Of a DNA stretch of 37,229 nt, positions 30,936 to 37,229 are shown piece after piece. Numbering within the stretch: position 1 is the first letter of the stretch; every line of letters starts with the position of its first letter. Below the pieces are notes generated by a model. The model did no database searches, was not told the origin of the DNA, and saw only the letters and a program-made list of their open reading frames with translations. A program made the translations under genes and the position numbers. Where the stretch lies: assembly GCA_001791035.1 (NCBI GenBank), contig MGDX01000006.1:1787-39015 (forward strand), read 5' to 3'. The stretch comes from Candidatus Uhrbacteria bacterium RIFCSPHIGHO2_02_FULL_53_13 (GTDB lineage Bacteria; Patescibacteriota; Patescibacteriia; UBA9934; UBA11717).

Positions 30936-32261
30936 ATGGCAACCAAACCAAAAGCGGAGGAAGATACATCCGTACGCAAAGTAAAGACCATTGAATCCGT
31001 TCGCGGAATGAAGGATATTCTTCCGGACGAACAGCCGTACTTTGAATACTTTCGTCGCAAGGCGCAAGAGATTTCCGAGGCCTACTCGTTTGGTCACATT
31101 GACACGCCGATTCTGGAAGACGTAAAGCTCTTTGAGCGAACAGTCGGCAAAATGACGGACATTGTGGAGAAGGAAATGTATGTGTTTGAGGATAAAGGAG
31201 GGCAATTGGTGGCTTTGCGTCCGGAGGCCACGGCAAGCGTGGTGCGCGCGTACATCAATCACGGCATGCTCAATTTACCCCAGCCGGTAAAGCTGTGGTA
31301 TCTGGGACCGATGTATCGTTACGGTCGTCCGCAATCAGGGCGACTACGCCAGTTTTATCAGTACGGGCTTGAAGTGATTGGCGGCGCGGATGCTGTGACG
31401 GACGCGCAGCTCATTTTGATTGCCGTGAAGCTTTTTGAGGATTTGGGAATGAAGGTCAAGGTGGAGATCAATTCTATTGGTACACCGGAGACGCGACAGA
31501 CGTATAAGGTGGAGCTGGTGGCGTTCGCGCGAAAGCATCGCAAGAATTTGTGTGAGGATTGTCAGCGCCGGCTTTCGAAGAGTCCTCTGCGTCTGTTGGA
31601 CTGTAAAGAGGAAGGGTGCCGCGCAGTGATGAAGGAGGCTCCGCAAATTGTGGATTGGCTTGATGAAGCATCCAAAGAGCACTTCATGCAACTCATTGAG
31701 TACTTGGACGAGCTGTCGCTTCCTTATGAGCTCAATCCGCATTTGGTGCGCGGGCTCGATTACTACACGCGCACGGTGTTTGAAATCGTGCCCGATCGCG
31801 GTGATGGCGCCGAACTGGGATCGCAATCATCGCTTGGAGCTGGTGGGCGCTACGACGGATTGGTGGAGCTCATGGGCGGGCGTGAGGAAACACCGGCCGT
31901 AGGGTTTGCTGTCGGTATTGAACGCGCCGTTTTGGAGATGAAGCGCCAAGAAGTGGAGCCGCCGGCATTGCCCGCGCCGCAGATTTTCTTTGCACAGATT
32001 GGCGCAGAGGCGCGTCGGATTGCTTTGCGGCGTTTCGAGGAGATTCGCGCCGCCGGACTCACGGCGGTGGAATCGTTCGGGAAGGCGAGTTTGAAAGCAC
32101 AACTGGAAACCGCCAACCGCAGTGGAGCGCGCTTTACCGTGATTTTGGGGCAAAAGGAAGTGATGGACGGCACCATGATTGTGCGCGACATGGAATCGGG
32201 CGCCCAGGAATCCATCGCGGACGATAAGGTGGTGGAGTATCTCAAGAAGGAACTGAAATAG
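30936..32261 (+). CDS. hisS: Histidyl-tRNA synthetase
   Basis: ..GMKDILP.., ..LRPE.TAS..RAY.., ..YYLGPMYRYGRPQSGRLRQFYQ.G.E.IG.. and ..GGGRYDGL.. are class IIa HisRS motifs. Confidence 0.93.
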   Translation: MATKPKAEEDTSVRKVKTIESVRGMKDILPDEQPYFEYFRRKAQEISEAYSFGHIDTPILEDVKLFERTVGKMTDIVEKEMYVFEDKGGQLVALRPEATASVVRAYINHGMLNLPQPVKLWYLGPMYRYGRPQSGRLRQFYQYGLEVIGGADAVTDAQLILIAVKLFEDLGMKVKVEINSIGTPETRQTYKVELVAFARKHRKNLCEDCQRRLSKSPLRLLDCKEEGCRAVMKEAPQIVDWLDEASKEHFMQLIEYLDELSLPYELNPHLVRGLDYYTRTVFEIVPDRGDGAELGSQSSLGAGGRYDGLVELMGGREETPAVGFAVGIERAVLEMKRQEVEPPALPAPQIFFAQIGAEARRIALRRFEEIRAAGLTAVESFGKASLKAQLETANRSGARFTVILGQKEVMDGTMIVRDMESGAQESIADDKVVEYLKKELK

Positions 32262-32363
32262 AGGTATGATGTATCAAGTATCATGTATGGGACGGACTTG
32301 ATGGGGAAGTAAGAATCGAGAATTGGGAATACGGTGGCTAGCATCGAGCATTCTGGGCAACGA

Positions 32364-32392
32364 TTGACGCGTTGTTTTGGGCGTGCTATCAT
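32364..32392 (+). promoter_or_regulatory. Putative rpsU promoter
   Basis: TTGACG, 17 nt, TATCAT, 30 nt upstream of ATG 32422. Confidence 0.5.
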
Positions 32393-32421
32393 CGTGCCAC
32401 GTTGAAATCAGATGAAAAAAC

Positions 32422-32673
32422 ATGATTGAAGTCAAACGAAAACAAGGCGAGAGCTTCGATGGACTATTCCGTCGCTTTAAGCGTCGCATTTCGCAAAGCG
32501 GAGTGGACCTGGAAGTGCGCAAGCGCAAAGTGCGCGAGCCGGTTCCGAATCGCAACGCCAAGCGAAAGACGAAAGTGCGCGGTATTCGTGTCGCCTCCAA
32601 AATCGAATGGATGATCAAGAGCGGCAAAGCGACCGAAGAGGACTTTCGCCAGAGGCGCAAGCGCCGCCGATAA
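32422..32673 (+). CDS. rpsU: 30S ribosomal protein S21 (bS21)
   Basis: MIEVKRKQGESFDGLFRRFKRRISQSGV..EVRKR... is the bS21 pattern, with a basic C-terminal tail. Confidence 0.88.
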   Translation: MIEVKRKQGESFDGLFRRFKRRISQSGVDLEVRKRKVREPVPNRNAKRKTKVRGIRVASKIEWMIKSGKATEEDFRQRRKRRR

Positions 32674-32680
32674 TCAGAAT

Positions 32681-32707
32681 GGGAGCTTCGGCTCCCGTTT
32701 TGATTTT
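32681..32707 (+). terminator. Rho-independent terminator after rpsU
   Basis: GGGAGC-TTCG-GCTCCC followed by GTTTTGATTTT. Confidence 0.75.
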
Positions 32708-32727
32708 GGCATGTTGAGCGTTATACT
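32700..32727 (+). promoter_or_regulatory. Putative promoter of the yqeY-like gene
   Basis: TTGATT, 16 nt, TATACT. A 34-nt G-less leader follows, up to ATG 32762. Confidence 0.4.
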
Positions 32728-32761
32728 CTGCACGACTCACCATTCATCACTCACTTTTCCT

Positions 32762-33214
32762 ATGACTATCCAAGAACAACTCAAAGCGCGCCTTATTGCC
32801 TCCATGAAGGAGGGAAAAAAAGACATAGTAGAGATGATTCGCGGGCTCCAGGCGGCGCTCAAGAACAAGCAAATTGAACTTCAGCGAGAGCTCAAGGAGA
32901 GCGAAGTCATTGATGTGCTCAAAATGAACGCGAAGCAACTTAAAGACGCGTTAGGGGATTTTATGCGCGCAGAGCGAAACGATTTGATTTTGAAAACAGA
33001 AAAGGAACTTGATTTGATTGCCGAATATCTTCCGACTCCTTTGGAGCGCGATGAGATTCGCAAGCATGTGGTGAGTTTGGCGGCAGATATTGGAGCGCAG
33101 ACGATGGCGGATATGGGCAAGCTTATGGGCGCGGTGATGAAAGCGGTGGGCGCGGCGGCCAATGGCGACGACGTGCGAGCCGAAGTGGAAGCGTTTTTGA
33201 AAGGGGAGAAATAA
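32762..33214 (+). CDS. GatB/YqeY-domain protein
   Basis: ATG 32762 gives MTIQEQLKARLIASMKEGKK......L..ALKN..IE... and ..EL.LI.EYLP..L...E..... This is the YqeY pattern. rpsU followed by yqeY is a common pairing. Confidence 0.8.
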   Translation: MTIQEQLKARLIASMKEGKKDIVEMIRGLQAALKNKQIELQRELKESEVIDVLKMNAKQLKDALGDFMRAERNDLILKTEKELDLIAEYLPTPLERDEIRKHVVSLAADIGAQTMADMGKLMGAVMKAVGAAANGDDVRAEVEAFLKGEK

Positions 33215-33442
33215 GGTGGGGCGACACTTCGTATGACTCACACCGGCAGCGCACTTGATTTTTGCAGATATCCCCATTATAGACCCTTTTCAAAATAGCT
33301 CTATTGCCTGCAAAACTCCATCTTTGGCTCCAAGAACCTTTTCGGAATCCTCACCATACTTCCAGTATTCTTCGGATTCCTCAAAGGCCTTTCGCTCAAT
33401 GATGTCGTTTTTCGGCTGTAAATCTATTTTGAAAAAGGTCTT

Positions 33443-33847
33443 ATGAAGCCTCAAAAAATTATCACAGTACTTCTATTGGTACCTGTGACCGGAGCATACG
33501 CTTATTTGACCGTTATGCTTGGATATGAGGCGACCTTTCCCTGGGGGTTCAATCTTCTTTCTGTGCTCTCAATATTTGGTTTACTGGGCTTGATTGGCGT
33601 GTGGCTCTTGTTTCTGAACGATACCTTTGATCGCCGATGGTTGAAAAGATTAACCCTCGTATTGCTCACTTTTGGATTCATTGCTGCTCTATCAGTCTCT
33701 TTCATCATCTTGAAAGTTTCTGATTTTGGGAGGGAGACAGATTTTCCAATCAGCTTGTTGATCCCTTGGGGCTTGGTCATCTTGATGGTGGTTGTTGCAT
33801 TCTACGGCAAAAAAAAATTGTTCAATACGCCATCACACAACGCGTGA
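33443..33847 (+). CDS. Hypothetical 4-TM membrane protein encoded in a low-GC islet
   Basis: 134 aa with four hydrophobic helices. The local base composition is clearly more AT-rich than the flanks. No family recognised. Confidence 0.5.
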   Translation: MKPQKIITVLLLVPVTGAYAYLTVMLGYEATFPWGFNLLSVLSIFGLLGLIGVWLLFLNDTFDRRWLKRLTLVLLTFGFIAALSVSFIILKVSDFGRETDFPISLLIPWGLVILMVVVAFYGKKKLFNTPSHNA

Positions 33848-33880
33848 TATTTGCACGAAGAACTATCCCCAGCGTTGTGC

Positions 33881-33909
33881 TTACGGATTCGGTCGTGAGA
33901 GGGTAGAAT
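33881..33909 (+). promoter_or_regulatory. Possible promoter of the first pilin-module gene
   Basis: TTACGG, 17 nt, TAGAAT, followed by the G-less CA-rich leader aaacacaaatacacac before ATG 33926. Confidence 0.35.
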
Positions 33910-33925
33910 AAACACAAATACACAC

Positions 33926-35677
33926 ATGCCAAACGTTCGAAGGCAAAGGATATTCTCCATCGCCGCGGCCGCTCTGTTTGTCGTCGCGTTTTTTGGAGTA
34001 TTTTTTGTTTCGAGCGTGAGCGTGCATGCGCAGAGTGAGCTTGCTACAAACCTTGCGACGGTCAACGCGGAAGTCGGACTTGGCACCACGGACATTCGCA
34101 TTGTGATTGCGCGCGTCATTCGCATCGCGCTTGGGTTTCTCGGCGTCATCGCCGTGGGACTCATGATCTATGCCGGATTCATTTGGATGACTTCCGGCGG
34201 CGATCCGACGAAAATCAAAAAAGCCCAAGGCATCATGATCAACGCGGCTGTGGGGCTCGTAATCATTCTGTCCTCACTTGCCATTACGCAGTTCATTTTG
34301 AGTCGGTTGCTCGATGCCACGGGTGCCGGCGGCTCGGGTACATCGCGATCGGCCGCGGAAATTCTGACGCCGTTTAGCTCGGCGCTTGGCACGGGCATCA
34401 TTGACACGCACTATCCGGCGCGCAATCAAACGGATCTTCCGCGCAACACGAATATCGCCGTGACGTTCCGCCGCGAGATGAATCCTACGACCATCATGCC
34501 TGCGTACGATTCGGCGAATCCCGAGCTCACGTCGGCGCTCAACACGGATGCCATGCGCATCTTCTTTGTGGATGTGGATGATTTGGATGGCGACGGCAAC
34601 ACGACCGAAGAAATTGAGCTTTCCGGTGAACAAGTGGATGTGGGTGTAACGCCCGACAACAAAACTTTTGTGTTCAACCCCAATGTCTATCTTGGCAGTG
34701 AAGAAATGCCGGTGTGGTACACGGTGGAGCTGACAAACGACATTGAGCTTGCGGGCAGTTCCGAATCCATTTTCCGATCGGGCGCATATACATGGACATT
34801 TCAGGTTTCTACCGAGTTGGATTTGATGCCGCCAACTGTGGAGAGCGTCATTCCGCAGGCGAGCACCACGAATGCGCGCAACATCCTTGTACAAATAAAT
34901 TATTCAGAAACGATCAATCCTATTTCGGCGGTGGGGCACGCGCCGACGCCATTTACCAACATCACTTTGCAGACGGTGCCCGTGGGAAGCGGTTCACCGG
35001 CTGGAAATTGGTTGCTTGGAAACGCGTATCGCACATCCGAGTTTGTAGCAGAAACGGCCTGTGGAGTGAACTCGTGCGGCGAAACGATCACCTGTTTGCC
35101 CGAAAATGTTACGGTGAACGTTACGGCTAAAGCGGCCGGACGCGTAGATTCAGACTCGTTTGAAGCCGTATTTCCATACAGCGGGCTCGTTGACATGGCC
35201 GGCAATCGGCTCGACGGCAATGATAACGAGGTGCCCGATGAGACAGACAACTATTCGTGGCAGTTTCAAACGAACAACGACATTGTGTTGACCGAGCCGC
35301 GCGTCACCGCGCTCACGCCGCCTTTGGACGGCAATGTGCCAGCGTCCGAAATCCCGTTCGATCAAACCGTGCGTATTGGATTTGACAGCGCTCTGCAAGT
35401 TTCGACGGTCAATGCGGACAACGTGATTCTGCGCTCGCCTTCAGAGTCGCTGTGGTTTACCAATTCGACGACGCTCATAGACGGCAATCCGCCAGTGCAC
35501 GAGGTGACCATACAGCATGGAGCTTTTTCTGAAGATATTTTGTACGGAGCAGAGCTCGATTCTGGATTGCGCAGTGTCTATCAAAACTGCTTTACCCCCT
35601 CGCGCAGTCAAAGCTGTATTGGTCCGAACTGTTGCAACGAGCAGTCTTCACTGGCGCAGTGCGCGTACCCGCTCTAA
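33926..35677 (+). CDS. Secreted surface protein: signal peptide + TrbC/VirB2-like pilin two-helix module + Ig-like (SbsA_Ig-type) repeats + Cys-rich C-terminus
   Basis: Signal peptide ending ..SVHA-Q, then the hydrophobic hairpin DIRIVIARVIRIALGFLGVIAVGLMIYAGFIWMTSGGDPTKIKKAQGIMINAAVGLVIILSSLAITQFIL. Three segments follow with the ..P......V......I.V.F...M.. pattern. The domain naming is my motif-level judgement. Confidence 0.75.
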   Translation: MPNVRRQRIFSIAAAALFVVAFFGVFFVSSVSVHAQSELATNLATVNAEVGLGTTDIRIVIARVIRIALGFLGVIAVGLMIYAGFIWMTSGGDPTKIKKAQGIMINAAVGLVIILSSLAITQFILSRLLDATGAGGSGTSRSAAEILTPFSSALGTGIIDTHYPARNQTDLPRNTNIAVTFRREMNPTTIMPAYDSANPELTSALNTDAMRIFFVDVDDLDGDGNTTEEIELSGEQVDVGVTPDNKTFVFNPNVYLGSEEMPVWYTVELTNDIELAGSSESIFRSGAYTWTFQVSTELDLMPPTVESVIPQASTTNARNILVQINYSETINPISAVGHAPTPFTNITLQTVPVGSGSPAGNWLLGNAYRTSEFVAETACGVNSCGETITCLPENVTVNVTAKAAGRVDSDSFEAVFPYSGLVDMAGNRLDGNDNEVPDETDNYSWQFQTNNDIVLTEPRVTALTPPLDGNVPASEIPFDQTVRIGFDSALQVSTVNADNVILRSPSESLWFTNSTTLIDGNPPVHEVTIQHGAFSEDILYGAELDSGLRSVYQNCFTPSRSQSCIGPNCCNEQSSLAQCAYPL

Positions 35678-35680
35678 AAC

Positions 35681-37229
35681 ATGACAAAACGATGTACAAA
35701 AATTGTGTTCACCCTTGCCTGGGCGTTCGTGCTCGTTGGGGTGTTCATGTTTGCCGATTCCGCGTTTGCCCAGTTGGATACGGGTCTTGGCGGTCTTGAA
35801 GAAACGGGTCTTGGCTCGGCGGACATCCGCATCATCATTGCGCGCATGATCCGCATCGTGCTTGGGTTTCTTGGCATTGTGGCGCTCGGATTCTTTCTCT
35901 ATGCAGGCGTTCGATGGATGACGTCCGGCGGCAACATAGACACGGTTAAAAAAGCGCAGGCGATTATGGTCAACGCGGCCGTTGGGATCATCATCATTTT
36001 GTCGTCGTACGCCATCACGACCTTTATCATCAATCAGTTACTGGAAGCGACGGGGATTGGGCCTGGAGGATCTCTTACGTCGAGTGTCGGCGGTCCGGGG
36101 GACTGTTTTGGACCTCATTGCGCGAGCGGAGGAAGCGGGTTTGATTTGCGCTCCGTGACGCCGACGGGCTTTGTACCAATCCGCAACGTCGTCGTCCAAA
36201 TCGCCATGAGCTCGAATGTGGACGCGTCAAGCGTTGAGGACAACATTCGCGTGCGCAACACCGATACCGATTTGGAAGTGGACATCCGTGCGTCGGTGAC
36301 AGGGCGAGTGATTCGCGTGCGTCCAACGGCGCCATGCCCCGCGCCCAACACATCGCAGAGTTGCTTTGACGCCCAATCGAACTTTACGGTGGAACTCTAC
36401 GGAGGACTTCAGGGAACCAATGATGTGCTCTTGAGTTGCGGATTCACCGGGTGTCCGGTGACGAGATCGTTTTCGACGGGTGATTTGGTGGATGTATTGC
36501 CGCCAAACGTGGTCATCACGACTCCGCTTAGCGGTTCGGACGTAAGCGTGGACGGTTTTGTGGACGTGGAAGTCACGGTCGTGGACGACGCGGGCGTTGG
36601 TCTTGTTGAGGCGACTGTGGACGGCACAGCCATTGGCACCGACGCACCGGTGGGGAATGAGACTACGTTTGCCGCGCGTTTGGTGTGGGGAACGACGGGT
36701 CTTGAAGTCGGGACGACGCACACGATTGACGCGCTTGGCACGGACATTGCCGGATACAGCGCCTCTGCCGACGATGTGATCGTGTCCGTTATTCCAGCTT
36801 ATTGCTTTAACAATGTTCAGGACGGTGACGAAACAGGTATTGACTGCGGAGGTTCGTGCGGCGCATGTACGGGGGCGGCGTGCGTTGAACACGCGGATTG
36901 TTCAAGCGGTTTTTGTGTGGAAGATGTGTGCGTGGCCTTGCCGGTCATTCAGGCGTTTTCGCCGATGAACGGCGCTCCGGGCACATATGTCACGATTCAA
37001 GGAACGGATTTTGGCACGGCTACGGGAGGCATTACATTTCTTGGAGTGGATGGAGATCCAACGGACGATACCGTAGCCGCGTTGGCATGCGCCGAAGGGT
37101 GGGGCAATTCGCAGGTGGTGGTGCACGTGCCAACGGCGGCAAAAAGCGGCCCGATTCAGCTCTACACGGCAACCGGATCGTCCGATATCACGAACAACAC
37201 CGTTGGACCGGATCTCCCCGATTTTACGG
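35681..37229 (+). CDS. Paralogous secreted surface protein (3' end runs off the window): signal peptide + pilin-like two-helix module + Ig-like domains + Cys-rich module + IPT/TIG-like domain
   Basis: This is not in the ORF track because no stop is reached. My translation from ATG 35681 stays open for 516 codons: MTKRCTKIVFTLAWAFVLVGVFMFADSAFA-QLD..ADIRIIIARMIRIVLGFLGIVALGFFLYAGVRWMTSGGNIDTVKKAQAIMVNAAVGIIIILSSYAITTFI... The many antisense ORFs on the minus strand here are consistent with plus-strand coding. Confidence 0.75.
   Translation, partial: MTKRCTKIVFTLAWAFVLVGVFMFADSAFAQLDTGLGGLEETGLGSADIRIIIARMIRIVLGFLGIVALGFFLYAGVRWMTSGGNIDTVKKAQAIMVNAAVGIIIILSSYAITTFIINQLLEATGIGPGGSLTSSVGGPGDCFGPHCASGGSGFDLRSVTPTGFVPIRNVVVQIAMSSNVDASSVEDNIRVRNTDTDLEVDIRASVTGRVIRVRPTAPCPAPNTSQSCFDAQSNFTVELYGGLQGTNDVLLSCGFTGCPVTRSFSTGDLVDVLPPNVVITTPLSGSDVSVDGFVDVEVTVVDDAGVGLVEATVDGTAIGTDAPVGNETTFAARLVWGTTGLEVGTTHTIDALGTDIAGYSASADDVIVSVIPAYCFNNVQDGDETGIDCGGSCGACTGAACVEHADCSSGFCVEDVCVALPVIQAFSPMNGAPGTYVTIQGTDFGTATGGITFLGVDGDPTDDTVAALACAEGWGNSQVVVHVPTAAKSGPIQLYTATGSSDITNNTVGPDLPDFT

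Noticed and set aside
33255-33446. The plus-strand 63-aa ORF in the low-GC islet.
   Set aside because: It is Ser/Phe-rich with an odd composition and no convincing start context. The opposite strand reads more like protein. Neither is confident enough to annotate as a CDS.
1-37229. A scan for CRISPR arrays, IS elements/transposases, integrases, prophage genes, rRNA, group I/II introns, and alternative genetic code (UGA recoding).
   Set aside because: I saw no regularly spaced direct repeats, terminal inverted repeats with a transposase, or integrase/recombinase motifs. All recognised genes are intact under the standard code, with TGA used as a stop (for example der, dprA, lepB).

Overview
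This 37.2-kb window is compact, almost fully coding bacterial DNA read with the standard genetic code (about 55% GC, TGA used as a stop). It looks like a Candidate Phyla Radiation (Patescibacteria/Parcubacteria-like) genome. Supporting this: rpsE runs into rplO with no L30 gene, S14 is the zinc type Z form, AspRS lacks the GAD insertion, Rel is C-terminally truncated, and there are surface proteins with a TrbC/VirB2-like pilin module. This taxonomic call is my inference.

Gene layout:
- 1-6.4 kb: the 3' part of the spc ribosomal operon, rplE-rpsN-rpsH-rplF-rplR-rpsE-rplO-secY, then an antisense atypical tRNA, then adk-map.
- 6.4-14.7 kb: ruvX-recO-asnS, ddl, a translationally coupled aspS-scpA-scpB-DD-carboxypeptidase-membrane protein string, and a convergent YdjM-like gene.
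- 14.7-18.2 kb: a stand-alone vWA/MIDAS protein, a tRNA-Met/tRNA-fMet pair, lemA plus a TPM-domain gene, an insulated two-gene hypothetical cassette, and tRNA-Leu.
- 18.3-23.6 kb: parA-parB, a convergent truncated rel, an Ala/Glu-rich ORF, and a divergent RelA/SpoT-synthetase-like protein with an unknown N-terminal domain.
- 23.7-30.2 kb, minus strand: LCP-der-pth-dprA-topA.
- 30.3-37.2 kb: lepB-hisS, rpsU, a yqeY-like gene, a low-GC islet with a membrane protein, and two tandem secreted paralogs. The second paralog runs off the window end and is missing from the ORF track.

Most noteworthy observations:
1. The extra RSH/SAS-like gene next to rel.
2. A tRNA with anticodon CCA but an alanine-type acceptor stem (G3:U70, A73), plus an inverted partial copy of itself in its leader.
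3. A roughly 75-nt element repeated in two intra-operon spacers.
4. A nearly identical G-less 5' leader shared by topA and the yqeY-like gene.
5. The tandem pilin-module surface proteins.

I found no CRISPR array, IS element, integrase or rRNA. All protein assignments come from reading motifs by eye. No database search was run.
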